From Candidatus Doudnabacteria bacterium (GTDB lineage: Bacteria; Patescibacteriota; Doudnabacteria; UBA920): 64,000 bases of DNA. Positions 1 through 9,618 of the stretch are shown piece after piece. The position numbers were made by a program, and so were the translations under genes. A model generated the notes under the pieces. It was given only the letters and a program-made list of their open reading frames with translations. It was not told where the DNA came from and did no database searches. Each line of letters starts with the position of its first letter. The stretch's first letter is position 1. The stretch lies in NCBI GenBank assembly GCA_963837465.1, contig CAWINB010000004.1, positions 394,853 through 458,852 of the forward strand, in the 5' to 3' direction.

Positions 1-331
1 CTTTTATTTTAGCTTCCCTGTTGTTTTCCTGGATATTAATGGCCTCGGCAGCCTTGGCGGTTAAGCATACCGACTTTGCCCCGCAGTATAATTAGAACCT
101 GACTTAAACAGGACTTACGCTTTTGGCATTATTGACCTGGATATTGTCCGACCAGCTTTTAAAAATGCCGCAATATGGACCCCAAAGACGGCAAAAATTC
201 TGGGATTGTTTGCCGGGGGAGGGTATGCTCCTGGCATGACGGCCTTAAGTATTTTTGGATAGGCTCGGGGGAAAGTGCTATAATTAAAATAATTAAAATT
301 AACCCTTTAAAAATAAAAAATTTATAATTTT

Positions 332-1942
332 ATGAAAATCGCTAAAATTACAACTTTTATTTTAAGTATTGTTTTATTTTTAGGATCCGCTTCAGCACTG
401 CCCGCCGCCGCCCTTACCTACTCGGAAATAAGCGGCCAGGGAACAGTTTTGGGAGCCAGCGTTAATGTTTCTTACCCCTATCCTTCCGGCAGTTTGGTCA
501 ATGACAGCGGCACCATTTACTTTATCAGCGGCGCCACCAAGATCCCCTTTACCAACTGGCAGGCCTTTGTGGGTTTGGGATATTCCCCAAGCAATGTGGT
601 TAAGGGCGATGTCTCCGATTATACCCCGGCTCAAAGTTATACCATCAACACAGCCAATGCCGCTCATCCCTGGGGTCAGTGGCTTTCTTACCGCGGCACG
701 GTTTACTATTCAACCCAGGCCGGCATGATAGCTGTTCCTTCCGCCGCCGTATTTTTAAATAACGGCGGTCAGTGGAATTTGCTGGTTAAGGCCAACAAGT
801 ATGATTTAACCGCCCTCGCTGCCAACCCTGGTTTGCCTTTGCTTGCCAGCAATGATCCCCGGATTATCGGCCTTCCGGATTTTGGATTTGGCGGTACTGC
901 CGGAGGGCCTTCCGTACCCGCGGCTCCGGTTAGTCCAGGCCTGCCTGCCGAATCTTCTTCTTTGTCCGTTCCTTCCGCTTCCGCCGCAAGCGGCATTGCC
1001 GGCAGTTTAAACACGGCGACTTTAAGCGTTTCTTCGCCCGCCGGCCAATTTGTGTTGTCCGGAGCCCAAAGCCAAACCGCGGCAGTATTTAATTTTACGG
1101 CTTCCGGCAGTCCGGTTACCATTGAGGAGCTGGATTTTATGGTACAAAACAGCGGCGCTTCCGGAATTACCCCGCCGGTTTCCTGGATTTACGTAGACGG
1201 CAATCCCGCGCCGGTATTGACCGGAGCCACCTCGTCGGTAAGCGGCTTAAATATTGTCGTGCCAAATAATGCCGCCGGAGTAAACGTGCCGGTCACAGCT
1301 TCTTACGCCAATATTAATCCTCCCAACAGCCCGTCCAACCAAATTTTTACCATCAACCTTGTTGGCGTTAAATATGTTACAGCCGGACAAACTATGACCC
1401 TTGCCCAAAGCTTGGTTTCCAATCCCATGGATTTGGTCAGCGTTATTCCCAGCGTTACCTTTAGCGGGCCGACCGGCATAATAACGGACGGACTGGTGCT
1501 GCTGGGCCAGGTTACTGTCAGCGCCACCGGAGGCGGAGGAATGCTTCTTGACCAGCTGCCGATTTCAGTCACCTCCTCGGGTAATGCCATTGCCAGCAGC
1601 GTTCCAAATAACCTAGTAGTTGACGATGACGGTTATGCCGTAAATACTTCCAACAGCGCGGTGACTTTCGCCCCCGGCGGCAACAGCAGCGCGGATATTG
1701 TTTTCAGCAGTGACAATACAATCGAGCCCGGCTTGTATAAAACTTATTCTATTTATTTGCCGGTGGAAGGCGCGGTGGGCGAAAGCGCGGGATCTTCCAC
1801 CATTACTACAACCCTGGGAAGCCCGGCCGGATTTATTTTTAATGACATTGACGGCAACACCAGCGGCTTAAATATTTCCGGCAGCAGCAACGGAGTCAGC
1901 ATTGCCAATTATTCAGCCAATTCGGTTACGGCCCACAATTAG
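332..1942 (+). CDS. Secreted/surface (S-layer-like) protein
   Basis: 536 aa ORF with an N-terminal signal peptide. It has two repeats of the GxLVNxxGTxYxI type, a Pro/Ser/Ala linker and a Ser/Thr/Val-rich C-terminal region likely rich in beta strands. Confidence 0.7.
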   Translation: MKIAKITTFILSIVLFLGSASALPAAALTYSEISGQGTVLGASVNVSYPYPSGSLVNDSGTIYFISGATKIPFTNWQAFVGLGYSPSNVVKGDVSDYTPAQSYTINTANAAHPWGQWLSYRGTVYYSTQAGMIAVPSAAVFLNNGGQWNLLVKANKYDLTALAANPGLPLLASNDPRIIGLPDFGFGGTAGGPSVPAAPVSPGLPAESSSLSVPSASAASGIAGSLNTATLSVSSPAGQFVLSGAQSQTAAVFNFTASGSPVTIEELDFMVQNSGASGITPPVSWIYVDGNPAPVLTGATSSVSGLNIVVPNNAAGVNVPVTASYANINPPNSPSNQIFTINLVGVKYVTAGQTMTLAQSLVSNPMDLVSVIPSVTFSGPTGIITDGLVLLGQVTVSATGGGGMLLDQLPISVTSSGNAIASSVPNNLVVDDDGYAVNTSNSAVTFAPGGNSSADIVFSSDNTIEPGLYKTYSIYLPVEGAVGESAGSSTITTTLGSPAGFIFNDIDGNTSGLNISGSSNGVSIANYSANSVTAHN

Positions 1943-1968
1943 GGCGCCTTTTTTAACCAGGAATTTTT

Positions 1969-2634
1969 ATGAAAATTTTAGTGGCGGAAGATGAAAAGGA
2001 CATAAGAGACTTCCTGAAAAAAAATCTGGAAGCGGAGTGTTTCGCGGTTGACGCGGCGGCGGACGGAGAAACCGCAGTGTCCATGGCCAAACTTAACGAT
2101 TATGACATTATAATTTTGGACAACATCCTGCCCAAAAAACAGGGCGCCGATGTCTGCCGCGAAATCAGGGCCGCGGGCAAAAGCTTGCCCATACTTATGT
2201 TATCCGTAAAAACCGAAGCTTCGGCCAAGGTGGAGTTGCTCAACGCGGGGGCTGATGACTACCTGGGCAAACCTTTTTCCTTTGAGGAGCTGCTGGCCAG
2301 GCTGCACGCTTTGCTGCGCAGACCCAGGCCAATCCAAAATCAGCTCTTGGAAATTGAAGATTTAAAATTGGACTGCCGCAACCATTTGGCCCATCGCGGA
2401 GACAAAGGCATTTACCTTAGCCGCAAGGAGTTTATGCTGCTGGAGTATTTTATGAAAAACCGGGACAACGTTTTGTCGCGCGGCATGATTATGGAGCATG
2501 TCTGGGATATGAACGCCGATCCGTTTTCCAACACCATTGAATCGCACGTGCTGTCCCTGCGTAAAAAAATTGACGTGCCGGGAAGAAGGAAGCTTATCCA
2601 TACCGTTTCCGGCAGGGGTTACAAAATATCTTAA
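1969..2634 (+). CDS. OmpR/PhoB-family response regulator
   Basis: KILVAEDE, LD phosphoacceptor, GADDYLGKPF and a C-terminal winged helix (IHTVSGRGY). Confidence 0.95.
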   Translation: MKILVAEDEKDIRDFLKKNLEAECFAVDAAADGETAVSMAKLNDYDIIILDNILPKKQGADVCREIRAAGKSLPILMLSVKTEASAKVELLNAGADDYLGKPFSFEELLARLHALLRRPRPIQNQLLEIEDLKLDCRNHLAHRGDKGIYLSRKEFMLLEYFMKNRDNVLSRGMIMEHVWDMNADPFSNTIESHVLSLRKKIDVPGRRKLIHTVSGRGYKIS

Positions 2635-2643
2635 AATGGGTTT

Positions 2644-2677
2644 AAGGCTCCGGCATCAAGCCGGAGCCTTTATTTTA
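2644..2677 (+). terminator. Intrinsic terminator after the response regulator
   Basis: Stem aaggctccggc/gccggagcctt followed by a T-rich tail. Confidence 0.7.
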
Positions 2678-2896
2678 AGTTCAGTAAAATTTTATATTTA
2701 TTTGAACAAGCTTTCAAAGGTTTTTCATGTAACCTTCGCTATTGTTTTAATGGATGGCCTGAAGCTATTTTTAAAAACAGCTTCAGGTAAAAAGTTCGCC
2801 AAGAACCTGTCCTAAAACAAATCGGAGGATTGAAGCCCCCGGGGCCTAAAGTTCTTTGACAACCCGCAACGTCGTTCAGAACAAAAAAAGGAAAAT

Positions 2897-3571
2897 ATGT
2901 TAACGAAAAATCAGACGCTTGTCGCGACCCGCGCCAGCCGCCAAAAAATCGGTTTCCCGGCGGATATTTCGCAGTGGCGCCACAGCCCCGCTGTCTACTC
3001 CGCCGGCAGCCTGTCCATTTGCGGCCATCCGGTCATGGAAAATTGGGAAACTCCCTATATGAAGGTTTTATCCGAAATCGCCTGCCAAAATGGCGGCGCG
3101 GTTTTGGAAGTTGGTTTTGGCATGGGTATAGCCTCCGGTTTTATCCAGGCCGCGGAGATTTTTTCCCATACGGTCATTGAGGCCAACGCAGGAGTGTTTA
3201 TACGGCTGCTGGAGTTTGCCAAAAATGCTTCCAGGCCGGTTAGTCCGACCTTGGGTTTTTGGGAAGAAATTTGTCCGGGTTTGCCTTCCGGCGGTTTTTC
3301 CGGAATTTTGTTTGACACCTATCCGCTATCCGAAGGCGATATCCACCAAAACCATTACGCCTTTTTTAGGGAGGCTTACCGGCTGCTTTGCCGGGGCGGA
3401 GCGCTGACTTACTATTCGGATGAAGCGCGGGATTTTTCCCCCGAACATCTGGAGTTATTGCGGACAGCCGGTTTTACGGATATCGGCGGCATAGTCTGTC
3501 CGGTCCGTCCGCCGCCGGACTGCCAATACTGGCAGCAGGGTAGTTTTTTGGCGCCGATCATCAGGAAATAA
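2897..3571 (+). CDS. Guanidinoacetate N-methyltransferase (GAMT/Rmt2)-like SAM-dependent methyltransferase
   Basis: VMENWETPYM, VLEVGFGMGI, G.WEE, GILFDTYPLSE and RLL..GG.LTY closely follow the GAMT motifs as I recall them. Confidence 0.85.
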   Translation: MLTKNQTLVATRASRQKIGFPADISQWRHSPAVYSAGSLSICGHPVMENWETPYMKVLSEIACQNGGAVLEVGFGMGIASGFIQAAEIFSHTVIEANAGVFIRLLEFAKNASRPVSPTLGFWEEICPGLPSGGFSGILFDTYPLSEGDIHQNHYAFFREAYRLLCRGGALTYYSDEARDFSPEHLELLRTAGFTDIGGIVCPVRPPPDCQYWQQGSFLAPIIRK

Positions 3572-3592
3572 AAACAGGGAGCTATATATAAA

Positions 3593-3994
3593 ATGACGAA
3601 CATTTACGGACAACACCTTACATTGGACGGTTACGGAGCCAGCCCGGCCGCTCTTTCGGACCTGGCGCTGATTTACGATTTTTTGGACCGTTTACCGTTG
3701 CTGATCAACATGGAAAAAATAGGGCCGCCGCAGCTGGCAGTGTTTAAAAATGCCGGCAACGCGGGCATTACAGGGGCTATCCTGATTGTCACCTCGCATA
3801 TTTCCATCCATACTTATTCGCTTAAAGGCTGCCTGTTCCTTGACGTTTTTTCATGCCGGCGGTTCAGCGCGGAACTGGTTGTAAAAACGGTGACGGAAAC
3901 ATTCGGCATTGAGCGTTCGGAAATTTCAGTCATGGACAGAGGCAGGGAGTTTCCCGCCCGCAACCTTTATGGGCCGGAGATAAAAGCGTTATGA
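3593..3994 (+). CDS. Pyruvoyl-dependent decarboxylase proenzyme, AdoMetDC/SpeD class 1b family
   Basis: GQHLTLDGYG, GITG...SHISIHT and FLDVFSC motifs. The cleavage site reads T-SH instead of the usual E-SH. Confidence 0.85.
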   Translation: MTNIYGQHLTLDGYGASPAALSDLALIYDFLDRLPLLINMEKIGPPQLAVFKNAGNAGITGAILIVTSHISIHTYSLKGCLFLDVFSCRRFSAELVVKTVTETFGIERSEISVMDRGREFPARNLYGPEIKAL

Positions 3995-4710
3995 AGCGCC
4001 TGGATTTGATGGTGCGTCCGGCTAAGGAGCGGGACTGGCCGGCAATTTTAGAAATCGAACAGCGCTGGCAGCGGGACAATGTGGAGCCATTGTCGGAAAA
4101 AATTTTTCGGCTGTGGATGCGGACTCATCCGGAAGGTTTTTTGGTCGCGGTGGACGGCAGGGGGGAAGTTTGCGCCCATGCTTACGTTGAATGCGTCAGT
4201 TTCAGCTACGGACAGTTTAAAGCAGGGGAGAGCCGGGAAATTTTTACCCGTCCTTACGGCTCCCCCCGGCATAATCCGGACGGCAATTCCGTGCTGGTGC
4301 TGAACATTGCCGCCGTATCGGGAAGCGGCGGCGGAGTGGCGGCGTTGTCGGGGGTTACGGAGCTGGCTCGCGCCTGGGGCAAACAGAGGGTTTTTTACAT
4401 TCCCCGCATGCCCGGACTTTCCGCTTATCTGCAAGCCTGCCGGTCCTGGACACAGGCGGCGCTGCCGGACAAAAAAAGCATCGCCGCTTACTACGCGGTT
4501 AATTCCATGCGCGCGGTGGGCGCGGCAGTGGACACCGCGATTGCCGCGCGGGTGAAAGATCTGGAATTGCCCCCGGTGGAGAAACCCGACCAGGTACTGG
4601 CCCGTTTTATAGGCAGGGAACTGGGCGGCGAGTTGTGGGAAATTATTGACAGCGGCTACTCCGATCCGCTGAGTCTGGATTTGGCAGCGTTGTGCGTTAA
4701 GACTTTATGA
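3991..4710 (+). CDS. Putative GNAT-fold acyltransferase
   Basis: VRPAKERDW.AILEIE, HPEGFLVA, HNPDG and RMPG motifs. Translationally coupled to the decarboxylase by an ATGA overlap. Confidence 0.6.
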   Translation: MKRLDLMVRPAKERDWPAILEIEQRWQRDNVEPLSEKIFRLWMRTHPEGFLVAVDGRGEVCAHAYVECVSFSYGQFKAGESREIFTRPYGSPRHNPDGNSVLVLNIAAVSGSGGGVAALSGVTELARAWGKQRVFYIPRMPGLSAYLQACRSWTQAALPDKKSIAAYYAVNSMRAVGAAVDTAIAARVKDLELPPVEKPDQVLARFIGRELGGELWEIIDSGYSDPLSLDLAALCVKTL

Positions 4711-4730
4711 CTTGGGGAACTATGCATTTT

Positions 4731-4763
4731 GGGGTGCCGGGCCAAGCCCGACACCCCTATTTT
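4731..4763 (+). terminator. Intrinsic terminator ending the three-gene operon
   Basis: Hairpin ggggtgccgggc-caa-gcccgacacccc followed by tatttt. Confidence 0.7.
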
Positions 4764-4804
4764 AAAACATAGCGTTTAATCACCGATAATGCTAAAATTA
4801 CCCT

Positions 4805-6796
4805 ATGATAAGCCCGTTTTTATTTACTTATATTTCCGGTATTTTTTCGGTAATTTGCTGGGTCTACGCCGGGGCGATAATCCGCAAGCGCCGCCAGAAG
4901 CCCCAGGTCCGTTATTTGGCCATGCTGATTGCCTTTGCCGGTTTGTGGGCTTTCAGTAATTCCTGGGCCGATGTCAGCGGAAGCAATGATCAGATACTTT
5001 TTTGGAGCGGCATGGCCATGTTAACCTACGCGTTTTTTACAGCCGGATTTTTTCATTTTACTTACCATTTTGTCGCGGAGTACCAGAAGCCCGCCAAGTG
5101 GATGCTGTGGTTGGTTTACGGGTTGACCATCATATTTTCGGTTTCAGGTTTTACTTCCTTAAGCTATTACAATCCCGTGGTGCTATATACCGGTCCAACC
5201 CTGGTTTCGGTTGGCTTTATGGCCGTAGCCGGCAACGCTTTTTTCTATCTGGTTTTTTTGGCCGCTTATTTTTTGCTCTGGAAAAATTACAAAAAAATGC
5301 CCCCGCGGCAGCGCTACCAGAGTATCTATATTGTAATCGGCAGCCTTGGGACAGTTATCGGCTGCGTGGTTTTTACCGTAATTTTACCGCTGTTCGGCAA
5401 CGCTAATTTTTACAGCACCGGACCGGTGTTTGACGCTTTTTTGATAGTCGGCATTTCTTACGCTATTTTTAAACATAACTTGCTGGACGTTAAATTTGTC
5501 ATCCAGAAATCCATCATTTACCTTTTTTTGCTGGGAATTATCGTGGTTTTTTATTTGACCCTGCTCTATGCCGCCCCCTACTTTCTGGACAACTCAGGCA
5601 GTCACGCCGTCTACCTGATTGACTCTTTGCTTACGGCCATAGCCGGCATTTTTGGTGTGCCTCCCCTGGAGCGCCGCTTCCGCAAAATCACCGACCGCTG
5701 GTTTTACCGCGACGCTTACGATTACGCCCAGGCTCTGCACGAACTCAGCGAGGTGCTGAAGCAGAATCTGGAACTGGAGCCGCTGAAACGGCGGACCGCG
5801 GAGACGCTTAAAAATTTTTTAAAGAGCGGTTATGTTGATTTGAGGCTGCTTGAGGAACCGGCGGGAACCGGCTTTATCGGTTTTGGCGTGGAGATTAAAT
5901 CATCCGGCAGGCAGATAGCCGAACTGCGGCTCGGTGAAAAACTTTCCGGCGACCCCTATTCCCAAAAGGATTTACAGCTCCTGAAAACTTTCGCCAATCA
6001 GGCCGCTGTAGCTCTGGAAAAAACCAGGCTGTTTGAACAGGTCAGGGCGCACTCGGTAATGCTGGAGGAGCAGGTTAACAGCCGCGCCGTCCAGTTGCGC
6101 GGGGCGCGGGAAGCCCAGAAGCAAATGATGATAGATATTTCCCATTCCCTGCAAACTCCGCTGACTGTAATGAAAGGACGCCTGGATTATCTGAAAAACC
6201 GCATCCCCGGAAATGAAGAGGTAAAAATTTTGGAAAAAACCGTGGACGAGATATCCAAGCGGGTTTATGATTTATTGCGTCTGGCCCGTTTGGAGGCCAG
6301 GGAAGAAATTTTTGATTTCCGGCCCATGAACTTAAGCGGCCTCGCCGGAGAAATGGTGGAATATCTCCAGGTTTTATGCGAAGCGCAAAATATTGCTTTG
6401 CGTTCCGCTATAGAGCCGGAAATTTTTGTACAGGGGGACAGGCAAAGGCTGGAAGAGATGATAAATAATATCGTCAGCAACGCCATTAAGTACACCGGTA
6501 ATGAACGTGTGATTTGGGTTTCGCTTCGCCGTAACGGCATTTCGGCCGAGCTTATTATACAAGACAGCGGCGTGGGTATAAATCCGGAGTCTTTGCCCTA
6601 TGTTTTTGACAGATTTTACAGAGAGCCCAATTCCAGCAACGCCGGCGGCATGGGTGTGGGCCTGGCCATAGCCAAAAAAATTGCCGAACAGCATAAAGGC
6701 AATATAAGCGCGGCAAGCGTTGTAGGCAAAGGTTCAACTTTTACTGTCAGCCTGCCGCCGTTGGTTGATGCGTTAAAAACCGGAATACCGGGTTAA
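4805..6796 (+). CDS. Sensor histidine kinase (multi-TM N-terminal sensor, GAF-like region, HisKA, HATPase)
   Basis: About nine TM segments, H-box SHSLQTPLT, N-box NAIKYT, G-boxes DSGVGI, FDRFYR and GMGVGLAI. Confidence 0.93.
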   Translation: MISPFLFTYISGIFSVICWVYAGAIIRKRRQKPQVRYLAMLIAFAGLWAFSNSWADVSGSNDQILFWSGMAMLTYAFFTAGFFHFTYHFVAEYQKPAKWMLWLVYGLTIIFSVSGFTSLSYYNPVVLYTGPTLVSVGFMAVAGNAFFYLVFLAAYFLLWKNYKKMPPRQRYQSIYIVIGSLGTVIGCVVFTVILPLFGNANFYSTGPVFDAFLIVGISYAIFKHNLLDVKFVIQKSIIYLFLLGIIVVFYLTLLYAAPYFLDNSGSHAVYLIDSLLTAIAGIFGVPPLERRFRKITDRWFYRDAYDYAQALHELSEVLKQNLELEPLKRRTAETLKNFLKSGYVDLRLLEEPAGTGFIGFGVEIKSSGRQIAELRLGEKLSGDPYSQKDLQLLKTFANQAAVALEKTRLFEQVRAHSVMLEEQVNSRAVQLRGAREAQKQMMIDISHSLQTPLTVMKGRLDYLKNRIPGNEEVKILEKTVDEISKRVYDLLRLARLEAREEIFDFRPMNLSGLAGEMVEYLQVLCEAQNIALRSAIEPEIFVQGDRQRLEEMINNIVSNAIKYTGNERVIWVSLRRNGISAELIIQDSGVGINPESLPYVFDRFYREPNSSNAGGMGVGLAIAKKIAEQHKGNISAASVVGKGSTFTVSLPPLVDALKTGIPG

Positions 6797-6855
6797 GAGT
6801 AATATAAATAGTCATAAAGAAGCCTCTTTTTGACTTTATGTGGTATAATACCAAT

Positions 6856-7605
6856 ATGAATTTACAGACTACATTAGTCTACAATTTACCCGCCAGCGAT
6901 TTATTGCTTACCGATAATGAGCGGCCTTATGTTTTGCGGGTTCGTGATTTTCCCGCGGAAGAAAAACCCCGCCAAAAGCTTATGCGTTACGGTCCCGGCG
7001 CTTTAAGCTTAAGCGAACTTTTGGCCGTGGTCTTTGGCGATGGCGGCGAAAAAGAAAAGGTCTTGGCCATGTCGGGACGGCTGTTAAAAGAGTACGGCGA
7101 AAAGGCCATAAGCGACCAGCGCGACGCCAAAATGCTGGCCAGGAAGTTGGATATTCCTTTGGCCAAAGCCTGTCAGTTGGTGGCCTGTTTTGAACTCGGA
7201 CGCAGGTTTTTTGCCAAGCCCAAAGGACGGCCGGAATTTTTACGCACCGCCCGCCAGGTTTTTGATTACGCCCGGGACATGCGCCTTCTGCCCAAAGAGC
7301 ATTTGCGCGGCATTTATTTAAACAACCATTACCGCCTGGTCCATGACGAGGTTATTTCCATCGGCACGCTTGACGCCAGCATCATCCACCCGCGCGAAGT
7401 TTTTAAGCCGGCTTTGGAACATTCCGCGTCCGCCGTTATTTTAGTTCATAATCACCCTTCCGGTGTCGTAGCTCCCAGCAAAAGCGATATTGATATTACC
7501 AGGCAAATGGTGGAAGCCGGCAAGCTGCTCGGAATTTTTTTGCTGGATCATATTATTGTCACCGACCAAAAATTTATAAGCATCCCCGCCGATTATGCCC
7601 ATTAA
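6856..7605 (+). CDS. radC: RadC family JAB-domain protein
   Basis: EEKPRQKL..G..ALS..ELLA, HPREVF, HNHPSG and LLDHII. Start placed at ATG 6856, just after TGGTATAAT. Confidence 0.92.
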   Translation: MNLQTTLVYNLPASDLLLTDNERPYVLRVRDFPAEEKPRQKLMRYGPGALSLSELLAVVFGDGGEKEKVLAMSGRLLKEYGEKAISDQRDAKMLARKLDIPLAKACQLVACFELGRRFFAKPKGRPEFLRTARQVFDYARDMRLLPKEHLRGIYLNNHYRLVHDEVISIGTLDASIIHPREVFKPALEHSASAVILVHNHPSGVVAPSKSDIDITRQMVEAGKLLGIFLLDHIIVTDQKFISIPADYAH

Positions 7606-7921
7606 TTTTACATTTACAGCCCGAGATTTTATCGCCAGTTCGGGTTTCGCCATGAGTCCGTCATACTTTGTGCTGCGCGACAGGCCGTGGGAAAAATTCG
7701 GCCGGCAGGATATGGACGGCTATTTCAAAGACGGCTATAAAATATTCCAGCGCCGCCTCAGGGAATTTAACAAGCTTAAGCGGCCGCTGACATTAAAGGA
7801 AGAATACGAACTGGAGTTTATGCTTTCTTCGCTCGCGCACGCCAAAAAAGTTTTATACGAAGGTGTAGTGAAAATGCCCGAGTATGAGCCGGCACACAAT
7901 TTAGTTAGCTCAAAAAAATAG
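7595..7921 (+). CDS. Hypothetical protein
   Basis: 108 aa ORF overlapping the radC stop; no motif recognised. Confidence 0.45.
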   Translation: MPINFTFTARDFIASSGFAMSPSYFVLRDRPWEKFGRQDMDGYFKDGYKIFQRRLREFNKLKRPLTLKEEYELEFMLSSLAHAKKVLYEGVVKMPEYEPAHNLVSSKK

Positions 7922-7937
7922 CAAAGTTATATAGCGG

Positions 7938-7971
7938 TCCGCGCCCCATCAAGGCCAGGGGCAGCCGGAAA
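7938..7971. repeat. 34-nt hairpin repeat, copy 1 (copy 2 at 61099-61132)
   Basis: tccgcgccccatcaaggccaggggcagccggaaa vs tccgtgccccatcaaggccagaggcagccggaaa (2 differences). Confidence 0.8.
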
Positions 7972-8008
7972 CTCTGTAACTTTTTAGTATTAAGCCCCTA
8001 AGAAGATC

Positions 8009-8854
8009 ATGACTTACCTTCAGGCTATCATCCTTGGCTTGGTCCAGGGAATTTCTGAATTATTTCCAATATCGAGCCTGGGGCACAGCGTGATTTTGCC
8101 CCGGCTTTTGGGCTGGAGTATCAACCAGAGTGCTCCGTTTTTTTTAAGTTTTTTGGTGGCTACGCATTTGGCCACGGCTGTGGTTTTATTCTGCTTTTTT
8201 TGGCGGGACTGGATGAATATTATAAAAGCCCTGGGCCGTTCTTTAGTCCGGAGGGAAATTAAAGTTGATGATTATTACGCCAAGCTTGGCTGGCTGCTGG
8301 TTTTAGGTACCATCCCGGCCGGAATTTTAGGCTTGCTGTTTCAGGATAAGCTGCAAACTCTGTTTGCTTCGGCTCGGGCCGCGGCCGGGTTTTTAATCCT
8401 AAACGGAGTACTTTTATACGGCGCGGAATTGCTCCGGCGGCGGTCGGACGCCGCGCGACAAGGGCAACCCTCGTATGAGCGTATTGCAAAGTTAACCTGG
8501 CGGCAGGGTTTTTTTATTGGCGTATCCCAAACTATTGCCCTAATTCCGGGCTTTTCCCGCTCAGGTTCCACTATGGCCGGCGGTCTTTTGGCCGGGCTTT
8601 CCCACGAAGACGCGGCGCGCTTCAGTTTTTTACTGGCCACGCCCATTATCGCGGCCGCGGCCGTACTGAAACTGCCGTCCCTAAACGGTTCCCAGTTTGG
8701 CATCACAATTGCCGGAGCGGCCTGCGCCGCCCTGGCCGCCTATTTCTCCGTAACCTTCCTGCTAAAATTTTTCAAAACCAACAAAATCACCCCCCTGGCA
8801 GCCTACTGTTTTTTCGCCGGGATAATTTATTCGGTGATTTTATATTTGAGATAG
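8009..8854 (+). CDS. uppP: Undecaprenyl-diphosphatase
   Basis: GLVQGISELFPISSLGH, PGFSRSGST and AARFSFLL; multi-TM. Confidence 0.95.
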   Translation: MTYLQAIILGLVQGISELFPISSLGHSVILPRLLGWSINQSAPFFLSFLVATHLATAVVLFCFFWRDWMNIIKALGRSLVRREIKVDDYYAKLGWLLVLGTIPAGILGLLFQDKLQTLFASARAAAGFLILNGVLLYGAELLRRRSDAARQGQPSYERIAKLTWRQGFFIGVSQTIALIPGFSRSGSTMAGGLLAGLSHEDAARFSFLLATPIIAAAAVLKLPSLNGSQFGITIAGAACAALAAYFSVTFLLKFFKTNKITPLAAYCFFAGIIYSVILYLR

Positions 8855-8933
8855 TTTTTTATATATAGGAACAGGAAACGGCAGCGGTGGCTAAAAAAGG
8901 TGTATAATATATTGAATTATTAAAAAGATCAAT

Positions 8934-9539
8934 ATGAAAATATTCAATCAAGACCAAAATAAAATGACTCTCAAAGACGGGAATGCTTCGGGATTAATAA
9001 TTGGAGTGGTTCTTATAATTGTCGGAGCTTATGGCGCTTATTATCTTCGTTCTACCGACGGATCCTCCAGCGCTGTGTGGGTTGCCGCGGCTGTCCTGTT
9101 ATTTGGGTTGATTACGATATTTGCCAGCTCTGCCATTATTGTCAATATCGACAAAAGCCAAAATCAGATCGCGTTTCAGAGAAAACGCTTACTGGGAAGC
9201 AAATCGCAAAACTATAATATTCCGGATGCCCTGCGGGTAGAATTGCGTAAGTCCTACCATATGCAATCGGCTAACCGTTCCTCAAACGGCGCAATGTCCA
9301 TGCCCCAGGAAGTCCTTAGTTACCAGTCCGTAATTATTTTTAAAGATGGCGCCGAATTGCCTTTGGATAATGTAAAGAATTCCAGCGGCACATCTATAGG
9401 CTCCGCTGTCTTAATGGGAGGCGCTGGAAAAGAACTGTCTATCGCCAGCCAAGTCGCCACTTTTTTAAATATCCCGTTTCAGGAGGTCGGACCGGGCTCC
9501 GCTCCAACGGTTATGGGTATGGGCGGTATAAATTTGTAA
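8934..9539 (+). CDS. Hypothetical 2-TM membrane protein
   Basis: 201 aa, two hydrophobic helices followed by a soluble domain. Confidence 0.7.
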   Translation: MKIFNQDQNKMTLKDGNASGLIIGVVLIIVGAYGAYYLRSTDGSSSAVWVAAAVLLFGLITIFASSAIIVNIDKSQNQIAFQRKRLLGSKSQNYNIPDALRVELRKSYHMQSANRSSNGAMSMPQEVLSYQSVIIFKDGAELPLDNVKNSSGTSIGSAVLMGGAGKELSIASQVATFLNIPFQEVGPGSAPTVMGMGGINL

Positions 9540-9618
9540 ACCAAGAAGCAGGTTGCAGAAAAAACTTTAAAGTATGATAATGGCTCCTGACCCCGTTTTT
9601 TACGCAGTGGGAATTTGT

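Noticed and set aside
1-262. Possible 3' end of an upstream gene
   Set aside because: No continuous frame or recognisable motif; it cannot be called from this window.
2818-2848. Guanidine-I (ykkC) riboswitch-like 3' motif (cggaggattgaagcccccgggg) ahead of the GAMT-like gene
   Set aside because: The resemblance is loose and the conserved 5' CUAGGGUUCCG core is absent. An Infernal scan would settle it.
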